Source of the DNA: an uncultured Verrucomicrobiae bacterium
Lineage (GTDB): Bacteria > Verrucomicrobiota > Verrucomicrobiia > Chthoniobacterales > UBA10450
Reading direction: 5' to 3'
Assembly: GCA_963735805.1 (NCBI GenBank)
Contig: CAVTMK010000004.1
Span: forward strand, 288,001-352,000
Length of the DNA stretch: 64,000 nucleotides
This document shows, in pieces, positions 1 to 8,444 of the stretch. The notes under the pieces are model-generated. The model was given only the letters and a program-made list of their open reading frames with translations. It did not search any database and was not told the DNA's origin. Positions within the stretch are counted from its first letter, which is position 1. Each line of letters opens with the position of its first letter. The position numbers and the translations under genes are program-made.

Positions 1-48
1 CAGAGCGACTTCATTCGAAAAAGTGAATCTGCAACATCTACAGGTAAA

Positions 49-1689
49 TCAATGCTTTTGCAGGAATTGATGCACTTCTTCAGCCAACTTTCGGCCAATC
101 CCTTCCGTGGAAGCGATTTCCTCCACCGTCGCTCTACGCAGCCGATTCACCGAGCCAAATCTTCGCAACAGTAAGCCTTTGCGGTTCTGACTCACCCCGG
201 GGCAATCATCAAGAATGCTTTCACCGACGCGTTTCTTCATGAGTAGTTGATGATAGGCATTCGCAAACCGATGCGCCTCATCGCGGATGCGTTGGAGCAA
301 TCGCAACGCGCCGGAGTCCATTGGAAGTTGGAGCGGAAGCGCCCGTCCGGGGCGGTAAATTTCTTCCCGTTCCTTGGCCAGACCAATGATGGGAAGATCG
401 TGCAAGCCTAATCGCTGCAATTCGCAGCACGCGGCGGAGAGTTGACCTTTTCCACCATCGACAATGATCAGGTCTGGCAAGCGGACGGCAACCAAACCTT
501 CGTCATTCCGAACGGATCGCCGCGGAGTCGATGAATCCCGCGAAGTTAGGTGTGGGTTTTCCAAAGGGGTCCCTCGACTTTGCTCGGGATGACGGGAAAT
601 TCGCGCCACTGCATCGGCTGCATTCTCCTGCGAAAACTCGGCCACATCCGAGTTTGCGCCGCGTGCGTCCAGCAAAACACGTGAATACCTGCGGCGGACC
701 ACCTCGGCCATGCTGGCGAAATCGTCCTGTCCCTCTACTGTTCGCACTCTATAACGCCGATAGTTATCCTTGTCCGGCACGCCATCCCGAAAACAAACCA
801 TCGACGCGACAACATGCGTGGTGGAGATATTTGAGATATCGAAACATTCCATGACATGCGGCACCTGCGGCAACTGCAGTGCATCAGCCAATGCGCGAAC
901 ATCCGCCATCGGATTGATCGTGCTCGGCAAGCTACCACGGGTGAATCGACGCATCGGTCTTGTCGTGCTGCGCAAGTCTTCAACCATGTTGCGTAGTTCA
1001 GCGGCTTTCTCGAAATCCATTTTCTTGGCCGCTTTACGCATTTCCTCTTCCAACGTCGCAATCATTTCCCTCGATTTGCCCTCCAAGAATTCAGATGCTT
1101 GCGCAATACGCTCGCGATATTGCTCCGCGCTAATTTCACTCAAACGCACCGGCACCTGATACGTCGCTGATTTCAGCTCGCGATCGGTGGGCGAGCCCCG
1201 CCCAAATGTGAGAACCCCAAATTTCTTGCGCATGAAATTCAGTGTCTGCCGCAGGGCCCCGGCATGCGCATACGGACCGAAGTAGCGGCTGCCATCGTCC
1301 TTTTTGAACCGGGCGAGCCGAAAACGCGGCCATTCTTCAGAAAGATCGACCCTGACCAGAAGGAACCGCTTATCATCGCGGAAGGAGACGTTGTAACGGG
1401 GACGGTATTCTTTGATCAGTTTACCTTCGAGTAAAACGGATTCTGCTTCGCTGCGAACTGTGTGTGTCTCAAAATCCCATGTCGCGTCGAGCATGGCGCG
1501 CGTTTTCAAATCGGCCTGAGCCAGCTTGGAAGGTAGAAAATACGAACCCACTCGTTTGCGCAGGTCCCGCGCTTTTCCTACGTAAATCACGCGATTGAAT
1601 CGGTCGCGCATCAAGTACACACCAGGCTTGTGCGGCACTTCGTGCACCTTTTTTTGCAAGTCCGGCTTCTCTTTTGCTAACACAGCCAT
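49..1689 (-). CDS. uvrC: Excinuclease ABC subunit C (UvrC), with in-frame palindromic insert
   Basis: N-terminal GIY-YIG (PGVYLM...IYVGKA...EGKLIK..RPRYN), UVR coil (FEKAAELRN), RNaseH-like ECFDISN / DDFASM / DLIIVDGGKGQL / RDEAHRFA, C-terminal HhH. Confidence 0.96.
   Translation of the reverse strand: MAVLAKEKPDLQKKVHEVPHKPGVYLMRDRFNRVIYVGKARDLRKRVGSYFLPSKLAQADLKTRAMLDATWDFETHTVRSEAESVLLEGKLIKEYRPRYNVSFRDDKRFLLVRVDLSEEWPRFRLARFKKDDGSRYFGPYAHAGALRQTLNFMRKKFGVLTFGRGSPTDRELKSATYQVPVRLSEISAEQYRERIAQASEFLEGKSREMIATLEEEMRKAAKKMDFEKAAELRNMVEDLRSTTRPMRRFTRGSLPSTINPMADVRALADALQLPQVPHVMECFDISNISTTHVVASMVCFRDGVPDKDNYRRYRVRTVEGQDDFASMAEVVRRRYSRVLLDARGANSDVAEFSQENAADAVARISRHPEQSRGTPLENPHLTSRDSSTPRRSVRNDEGLVAVRLPDLIIVDGGKGQLSAACCELQRLGLHDLPIIGLAKEREEIYRPGRALPLQLPMDSGALRLLQRIRDEAHRFANAYHQLLMKKRVGESILDDCPGVSQNRKGLLLRRFGSVNRLRRATVEEIASTEGIGRKLAEEVHQFLQKH
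501..594. repeat. GTCAT-terminated palindromic repeat (family A), in-frame within uvrC
   Basis: Termini CGTCATTCCGA / TCGGGATGACG (1 mismatch) plus inner arms GAGTCGATGAATCCC / GGGGTCCCTCGACTT; similar to intergenic copies at 3663 and 56443. Confidence 0.85.
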
Positions 1690-1763
1690 GCGGCTGCAAA
1701 TCTACGCGAGAAGCGGGCATCTGGAAATCGCCATAGCCTACCAACGGCGAATGTGCGTACAGC

Positions 1764-1795
1764 AAGCGCCCGCGAACTTTGTCGCGGGCGCTTTT
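1764..1795. terminator. Intrinsic terminator-like hairpin
   Basis: AAGCGCCCGCGA-actttg-TCGCGGGCGCTT, perfect 12-bp stem downstream of the 1821..2252 gene. Confidence 0.7.
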
Positions 1796-1820
1796 GATTT
1801 CTGACAGGAACGATTTTCCG

Positions 1821-2252
1821 TTAAGGTCTTGTTGTCGTCGTAGTGGTTGTTTCCTCGTGCTTGATCACTCCCGCCGGGCGGCTCAACACCACTTTACGCA
1901 CCATTACCCGGTCACCAACCGTCGTGTAATAAACGGTTGCCGGCATGTCTGGCCGAACGGCCGACCAACTTACGGTGTGGCCTTCGGGATCCACAATGGC
2001 CGTGTCTCTCGTGTAGTAATAACGCACTGGGGCCGCAGACGGCGCTGTTCGGAACATGAAATAATCCGAATCCGGCGTATACGTCACGATCGTGCCGGCA
2101 CTGTTTGTCGTTGTTGCTTGAGTTGTCGTTGTGCCGGTTACCGGGTCCGCTGTCGTTGTCGTTGTCGTAGACTGCTGCGCGAGCACAGTTGCAACCGCTG
2201 TCGTACAAACCAAGGCAACTGCCAACATTTTCACTAATCTCGTTTGTTTCAT
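1821..2252 (-). CDS. Secreted Thr-rich hypothetical protein
   Basis: Sec signal peptide (AVLA-Q), poly-Thr tracts flanking a small beta-rich domain, AG-rich RBS upstream. Confidence 0.8.
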   Translation of the reverse strand: MKQTRLVKMLAVALVCTTAVATVLAQQSTTTTTTADPVTGTTTTQATTTNSAGTIVTYTPDSDYFMFRTAPSAAPVRYYYTRDTAIVDPEGHTVSWSAVRPDMPATVYYTTVGDRVMVRKVVLSRPAGVIKHEETTTTTTTRP

Positions 2253-2421
2253 ATTTATCTCTCTGCTTTGATTGAATGGATGTTATCCATTGAGTATTTC
2301 TCCGGCTCGCTGGCGCCAGAGCTTTTTCAGTTATGTCCTGATATCGTAAATTCAGCCTTCTGTGGCCGCATCGAGGTGCACAATCATTTTCACTGCATTA
2401 GAGCAACCTAGCGACGTGTTT

Positions 2422-3672
2422 ATGCAAGCTTTACCCGGTTTTCGCGATTTCTTGCCCGACGAATGCGCTGTGCGTAACTATATCTTTGCTCGCTGGCGCG
2501 AAGTCACACGGCGTTATGGGTTCGTTGAATGGGAGGGTCCCGTTCTTGAACCAACCGAGCTCTACAAAAAAAAGAGCGGCGCGGAAATCGTCGATCAACT
2601 TTTCAATTTTACTGATAAGGGGGAACGGGAAGTTGCCATGCGTCCCGAGCTCACGCCCTCGCTTGCTCGCGTGGTCGCCACACATGAACGCGGGTTTAAG
2701 AAGCCGCTCAAATGGTTCTCCATCGGTCAATTTTTCCGTTACGAAAAACAACAGCGCGGAAGATTGCGCGAACATTTTCAACTCAACTGCGATGTTATCG
2801 GAGAAGCGAATCTTGCAGCCGATATCGAGTTAGTGGCGCTCTGCATCGACGTCCTGCGGGCATTTGGGTTCACCGAAAAAGATTTTGTCGTAAGAATAAG
2901 CGACCGGGATTTCTGGACTGATTTTTTGCGCGAAAAAGGTGTCTCTCCGGAAGATTGGGGTGAACTATTACAGGCCATCGATAAATCCGCACGCGAACCA
3001 CGCGAGAAAACGGCGGAGAAGCTGGGCAAACTTGCCGATCCGATCTTCTCAATTCTAAAGAGCGGCGGGAAGAGCCAGAAGCTCGACCAGCTTGTTGGTG
3101 GCCTTCGCGAGCGCAGACTTGCCGATTACGTGGCGATCGATGTCGGCATTGTGCGTGGACTGGCCTATTACACCGGTATCGTATTCGAGGTGTTCGACCG
3201 CGCCGGGAAATTTCGTGCCATTGCCGGTGGCGGCCGTTACGACAACCTGATCGCGCAACTTAGTGATGGCGATGTCTCCATGCCGGCGCTCGGTTTCGCA
3301 ATGGGCGACGTTGTTCTGGGCGAGTTAATCAATGAAACAGCTCACGGGCGCCAGAAAATGGAGAATGCAATCGCGAACGACCGGAAGATCGACATTTATG
3401 TGGTTATCGCAAAGGAACAGCGCCGGGGCGATGCGCTTGCGCAAATTCAACAATTTCGCGACCGCGGCTATCGAGTGGATTATCCACTCACGACCGAAAA
3501 GGTTGGCAAACAATTCCAAACTGCCGAGCAACTTGGCGCGCGGGTTGCAATGTTGTTTGGCGATGAATGGCCCCAGGTGAAAGTAAAAACGCTAGCCTCG
3601 CGGGAAGAATTGCTTATCGACAATCACGAGTTGCAATCGCACATTGAGCGTGTTCTTTCGCGGTCATTCTGA
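2422..3672 (+). CDS. hisS: Histidine--tRNA ligase
   Basis: PGFRDF, MRPELT, FRYEKQQRGRLREHFQ, VRGLAYYTG, GGGRYD; start placed at ATG 2422. Confidence 0.97.
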   Translation: MQALPGFRDFLPDECAVRNYIFARWREVTRRYGFVEWEGPVLEPTELYKKKSGAEIVDQLFNFTDKGEREVAMRPELTPSLARVVATHERGFKKPLKWFSIGQFFRYEKQQRGRLREHFQLNCDVIGEANLAADIELVALCIDVLRAFGFTEKDFVVRISDRDFWTDFLREKGVSPEDWGELLQAIDKSAREPREKTAEKLGKLADPIFSILKSGGKSQKLDQLVGGLRERRLADYVAIDVGIVRGLAYYTGIVFEVFDRAGKFRAIAGGGRYDNLIAQLSDGDVSMPALGFAMGDVVLGELINETAHGRQKMENAIANDRKIDIYVVIAKEQRRGDALAQIQQFRDRGYRVDYPLTTEKVGKQFQTAEQLGARVAMLFGDEWPQVKVKTLASREELLIDNHELQSHIERVLSRSF

Positions 3673-3746
3673 GCGAAGCAAAGGACCGCTCCTAATTATT
3701 TGCCGTCACCCAAATTCGAGAGATTTTTCGCTCCGCTCAGAATGAC
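3663..3746. repeat. Family A palindromic repeat between hisS and aspS
   Basis: GTCATTCTGAGCG ... CGCTCAGAATGAC, perfect 13-bp terminal inverted repeat; contains the hisS stop codon. Confidence 0.9.
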
Positions 3747-3764
3747 ATGCCTTCTGTGGTAGCC

Positions 3765-5540
3765 ATGTATCGCACGCACAATTGTAATTCACTTCGCAAG
3801 AGCGACATCGGCAGGCAGGTCAAGCTCGCTGGATGGGTAAATGTCACGCGCGATCACGGCGGCGTAATTTTCATTGATCTCCGTGATCGCGAGGGCCTGA
3901 CGCAAATCGTGTTTCGACCCGAGGAAAATACGCAACTGGCGAAGCAGGCGCATACACTTCGCAGCGAAGATGTGATCCAGGTTTCCGGTCATGTGGCTGC
4001 GCGGCTGCCGGGCACAGAAAATTCAAACCTTGCCACTGGCGATATCGAAATCATCCCAGAAGATCTGACGATTCTGAATCGGGCGGACGATCTGCCGTTC
4101 CCAATTGACGCCGAACCGCACAACGAAGATTTGCGGATGACGCATCGATACTATGATTTGCGCCGGCCGCGGTTTGCGCGCAACCTGCGGCTGCGCCACA
4201 TCGCTGCGAAGGCAACGCGCGATTATCTCGACAGCCAGGGTTATGTCGAGGTTGAGACTCCGATTCTTTCGAAAAGTACTCCGGAAGGGGCGCGCGATTT
4301 CCTGGTGCCAAGTCGAATCACGCCTGGAAAATTTTATGCGCTGCCACAGGCGCCTCAGCAATACAAACAACTGCTGATGGTTGCCGGCGTGGAAAAATAT
4401 TTTCAGATCGCGAAATGTTTTCGTGACGAAGATTTGCGGGCTGACCGGCAACCGGAATTCACTCAGATCGACATCGAGGCATCATTCGTAACTCCGGGCG
4501 ATATCTTTGCCGTCACTGAAGGCATGCTCGCAGCAATCTTCCAAGCCACGCGCAACATCGAGATCAAGACGCCGTTTGAGCGGTTCACCTATCGCGAAGC
4601 AGTCGGCCGCTACGGAAGCGATAAACCAGATCGCCGTTTTGCCATGGAACTTGTAGATCTCGGCGAAATTTTTCGCGAGAGCAGCTTCAAAGTTTTTCGT
4701 AACGCGCTTGAATCCGGCGGCGTCGTTAAAGCCATTAACGCAAAAGGGTTTGCCGGCATCACCATCGGGCAGGCGGACGAATTAACCGAGATTGCGAAGT
4801 TGTACGGCGCGAAAGGGCTCGCCTTCATTAAGATTGAGAATGGCGAATGGAAATCACCCATCGTGAAATTCTTTTCAGCGGCTGAAAAGACAGCCCTGCA
4901 ATCGAAACTGAAAATCGAGGAAGGCGATTGCGTTTTCTTCGGCGCCGATAAATGGGAAATCGCCTGCGAAGTGCTTGGACGATTGCGCTTGCGCATCGCA
5001 GAGATGCAAAAGCTTACGTCTGTTGGCGAAATCTGGGATTTCCTCTGGGTCACTGATTTTCCGCTGTTTGAATGGAGCCCGGAAGAAAACAAATGGAACG
5101 CCATGCATCATCCCTTTACCCGGCCGAAAGCGGAGGACATGTCGATGTTTAACGAAAAGAAATTCCCCGATGTTCGTGCCGAGGCGTACGACGTCGTTTT
5201 GAATGGTGTCGAGATCGGTGGCGGCAGTATGCGAATTTACGAGCCGGAGTTGCAGGACAAAATGTTTGAGGCTCTCGGCATCAGCCCGGAAAATCGGCAA
5301 ATGCAGTTTGGTCACTTGCTTCGCGCACTGCATCTTGGGGCCCCGCCCCACGGAGGAATCGCGTTCGGCTTTGATCGCCTGGTCATGCTCATTGCCGGCG
5401 AACAAGGTATTCGCGATGTGATAGCCTTCCCAAAGAACAATCGTGGCATGGATATGATGTCGAATTCACCAGCAGACGTTGATGCTAGACAGTTGCGCGA
5501 TTTGGGAATCAGGCTCGCCGGCACCACGAAGCACGAATAA
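3765..5540 (+). CDS. aspS: Aspartate--tRNA ligase, probably non-discriminating (Asp/Asn)
   Basis: MYRTH, RDHGGVIFIDLRD, STPEGARDFLVPSR, FRDEDLRADRQPEFTQID, GAPPHGGIAFG. Confidence 0.97.
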   Translation: MYRTHNCNSLRKSDIGRQVKLAGWVNVTRDHGGVIFIDLRDREGLTQIVFRPEENTQLAKQAHTLRSEDVIQVSGHVAARLPGTENSNLATGDIEIIPEDLTILNRADDLPFPIDAEPHNEDLRMTHRYYDLRRPRFARNLRLRHIAAKATRDYLDSQGYVEVETPILSKSTPEGARDFLVPSRITPGKFYALPQAPQQYKQLLMVAGVEKYFQIAKCFRDEDLRADRQPEFTQIDIEASFVTPGDIFAVTEGMLAAIFQATRNIEIKTPFERFTYREAVGRYGSDKPDRRFAMELVDLGEIFRESSFKVFRNALESGGVVKAINAKGFAGITIGQADELTEIAKLYGAKGLAFIKIENGEWKSPIVKFFSAAEKTALQSKLKIEEGDCVFFGADKWEIACEVLGRLRLRIAEMQKLTSVGEIWDFLWVTDFPLFEWSPEENKWNAMHHPFTRPKAEDMSMFNEKKFPDVRAEAYDVVLNGVEIGGGSMRIYEPELQDKMFEALGISPENRQMQFGHLLRALHLGAPPHGGIAFGFDRLVMLIAGEQGIRDVIAFPKNNRGMDMMSNSPADVDARQLRDLGIRLAGTTKHE

Positions 5541-5590
5541 ATTGCCTGCTTTTCTCGTTAGCGACTAACGCGAAGCGCATTTCACCCGCC

Positions 5591-8005
5591 TCACTCTTCC
5601 CGTAGGAGTTTGGATGGATCGACGGCAAGCGCTCGCAGGGCTGGAATTGCGGACGCTGCAATCCCCAGCAGCGCCATCATTAGCACCGCGCCGATGACGA
5701 CTACCGGATCTTGCGGATTCGCCTGATACACAATCTGCTCGAGTAACCGGCTGGCGAAGACGCCTAACAGCAGTCCGGCCAACGATCCAAGTCCGAGCAG
5801 CACGATTGGCCGCCCAACCGCAGCGCTCATTACGTGCTTCGCGCGCGCGCCGAGGGCCACGCGAATGCCGAGCTCCTTCATTCGGCGGCTGACGTTGTAA
5901 GCCGCCATGCCGAAGATGCCGGTCACCGCGAGCATCGCCGCCAGAATGCCCATGACGCCCAGTGCTGCTGTCGATGCTCGTGCGGGGAACAGCGCGTTCA
6001 CGTCGTCCAGCACATCGTGCCAGCTCTGCACTGTGATCAGCGCGTTCGGCTCGAGGCCGCTCAGGGTGCGTTCTAACGCCGGCGCCATCTCGTTGTACGC
6101 GCGCGGCGATCGTACCACGAAGACCAGCCAGGGTTGTTCGTTTTGTGTCAAAGGCAGATAGACCACCGGCTGTGGCGGCTCTTGCATGTTGTTATACTTA
6201 CCGTCCTCCACCACACCCAGCACTTCTCTTAAGTGACCCAGTAAAATAAAGCGTTGTCCAATCGCGGGATTTTCGCCCCACATCTTCCGCGCGAAGGTCT
6301 CGTTCACAATCGCGACATACGGCGTCGTTTTGGTGTCATGCCATGAGACATCCCTCCCATTTAGTAGCCTGGTGCCCGCAGCCTCAAGGTAACCCGGCAA
6401 CATCGTATACACGTATGGCGCCAGCACAGAATTGTTCAGATTGAAGTCTGTTGTTCCTGGCGGGAAAACCGGAACGCCGCGCAGACCGCCGGTAAACGGT
6501 ACGCGGTTCACCGCACCCGCTGTCGTCACGCCAGGAATCCTGTGTACCGCCTCGAGTATGGCTTTCTGTTTCTCAAACGACACGTCGACCGCCGCCGCGT
6601 CACGGTCTATGTCGGCCAGCATCGCGCCTTGCGGCTGAAAACCCAGCGGAGCGTGCAACATGCGAACCATGCCGCGGACGGCAACCAGCGAGGCCGCCAC
6701 GAGCAACGTGCAGATCGCAATTTGTGCGCCGAGCAACAGGTCCCGCAGAGTAAATCGGCGCCGCGGCGTTGAATCTATCGGTCCACTTTTCATCGCCTGC
6801 AACGGACTGCTCTGCGACACCTGCCGCGCTGGAATCATCCCAAACAGCAGTGCGCTTACCAAGGTCAAGATCAGAGCTGCCAGGTAGACACGCGTATCCG
6901 CGCTGACTGCCACATGGCCGTAGGGCGATGCCCATTGGTTCAGGACACGCAGCAGCAGACCCGCGATCACCAGCCCCGCCGCTCCCCCTAGCATCGACAA
7001 CACCATCGCCTCGGTTAACAGTTGCCGTACCAACCGCCATCGGGTCGCTCCCAAAGCGACACGAAGCGCCAGTTCCCGGCTGCGATCCGCCGCGCGCGCC
7101 GCAAACAGGCTGGCCAGATTAGCGCACGCCGCCGCCAGCACCAGCAGAGCGAGTCCGGTCACGCTCCAAAGAAATTCGCGGATAACGTCACCGGTGTCTG
7201 CAAACAATCCTGGAGGGACCAGCCGCAGCGGCGTTCCGGTGTCTGTGTTCGGATGCTCCTTTGCCAACTGGGTCGCGATTGCACTGAGATTTTCCGCAGC
7301 CTGCTCGGTCGTCACGCCTTGCTTCAGCCGGCCAAGCACTGCCAAAGGTCGGGCCGTCCGGTTCTCCAGGTAATCCCGCTCGAAGTAGTTCAAAATGGGT
7401 ATCCAGTAGTCGGGCCAGACAAATCGGTCCGTGCCGTGAAACGGCGCTGGGGCCACGCCAATCACCGTGAAGGGATCTTTGCCGAGCGTCACCGTCGTGC
7501 CGAGTACGCGCGGATCTGCGTTGAACACGCTTCGCCAAAGACTATCGCTCAACACGATGTAAGGCGCTGAATTCGGGCCATGCTCGTCCTCCGCATGGAT
7601 TAATCGTCCCACCTGCGGCTGCACTCCCAGCAGATCGAAATAGTTGCCGGTGACTGCATGGCCGTCGACACTCCTCATGACGTTACCCCAACGCAGTCTC
7701 GCGTGACAGAATCCATAGAAACCCGCGATATCGCTGAAGGTGGTGTTTCGCTGCCGAATGTCTTCGAACGCAGGATAGGACGTAGTAAGTTCCTTAAAGC
7801 TCGTCCACGGCTTGAGGCGAAGCTGGTAGAGATTCTGCGGGTCGCTCACATCCAACGGACGCAGCAGCACTGAATTGACTACTCCGAAGACGACGACATT
7901 CGCTCCAATGCCGAGCATCAGAGTGACCAAAGCTACGAGCGTGAACGCGGGCGACTTCCAGAGCACGCGCAGCGCATAACGAATATCCAGCAGCAGGTCG
8001 TGCAT
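5591..8005 (-). CDS. ADOP-type duplicated ABC transporter permease (2x MacB_PCD + FtsX)
   Basis: DIRYALRVLWKSPAFT, ACANLASL..R.RELALRVALGA, second RRMKELGIRVALGA, C-terminal ALAVDP..LREE. Confidence 0.9.
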   Translation of the reverse strand: MHDLLLDIRYALRVLWKSPAFTLVALVTLMLGIGANVVVFGVVNSVLLRPLDVSDPQNLYQLRLKPWTSFKELTTSYPAFEDIRQRNTTFSDIAGFYGFCHARLRWGNVMRSVDGHAVTGNYFDLLGVQPQVGRLIHAEDEHGPNSAPYIVLSDSLWRSVFNADPRVLGTTVTLGKDPFTVIGVAPAPFHGTDRFVWPDYWIPILNYFERDYLENRTARPLAVLGRLKQGVTTEQAAENLSAIATQLAKEHPNTDTGTPLRLVPPGLFADTGDVIREFLWSVTGLALLVLAAACANLASLFAARAADRSRELALRVALGATRWRLVRQLLTEAMVLSMLGGAAGLVIAGLLLRVLNQWASPYGHVAVSADTRVYLAALILTLVSALLFGMIPARQVSQSSPLQAMKSGPIDSTPRRRFTLRDLLLGAQIAICTLLVAASLVAVRGMVRMLHAPLGFQPQGAMLADIDRDAAAVDVSFEKQKAILEAVHRIPGVTTAGAVNRVPFTGGLRGVPVFPPGTTDFNLNNSVLAPYVYTMLPGYLEAAGTRLLNGRDVSWHDTKTTPYVAIVNETFARKMWGENPAIGQRFILLGHLREVLGVVEDGKYNNMQEPPQPVVYLPLTQNEQPWLVFVVRSPRAYNEMAPALERTLSGLEPNALITVQSWHDVLDDVNALFPARASTAALGVMGILAAMLAVTGIFGMAAYNVSRRMKELGIRVALGARAKHVMSAAVGRPIVLLGLGSLAGLLLGVFASRLLEQIVYQANPQDPVVVIGAVLMMALLGIAASAIPALRALAVDPSKLLREE

Positions 8006-8026
8006 GACCGGCAGGCACTATCGCGG

Positions 8027-8347
8027 TCAATAACCCAAGGCGCTTTTTCGCTCCGCTGCTGTGGGCAAAGGATCCTTTTTCACTGTGATCGCCTCCGCGC
8101 CTGAGTCCTTCAGCTGATGAGCCTCAGTCGCGTTGAATTCGATATCTTTCGTGAACTCGGGCGGAAGGTCTGCCTCCGCATAGATGGCGTGCACTGGGCA
8201 CACATCAACACACGCCATGCAATCAATGCAATCCTCCGGGTGAATGACCACTTGTTTGTCCATCTCGTAGAAGCACGCAACGGGGCACACTTCTACACAA
8301 TCAGTGAACTTGCATTCGTTACATTTATCGGTGACGACGTGAGCCAT
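8027..8347 (-). CDS. Ferredoxin (FdxA-like, two Fe-S clusters)
   Basis: CNECKFTDCVEVCPVACF ... CIDCMACVDVCP. Confidence 0.93.
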   Translation of the reverse strand: MAHVVTDKCNECKFTDCVEVCPVACFYEMDKQVVIHPEDCIDCMACVDVCPVHAIYAEADLPPEFTKDIEFNATEAHQLKDSGAEAITVKKDPLPTAAERKSALGY

Positions 8348-8444
8348 GGGATTTCAATAGTTGAATGTTGCGTATAAAGGATCGCGGTGACGCGTCAAGT
8401 AATTAGCGACTCAAGGCTGGTCAATTCCGGCTTTGCTCTCGGTG

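Noticed and set aside
5541..8026. Inverted repeat TGCCTGC/GCAGGCA flanking the ADOP gene
   Set aside because: Only 7 bp, which is expected by chance.
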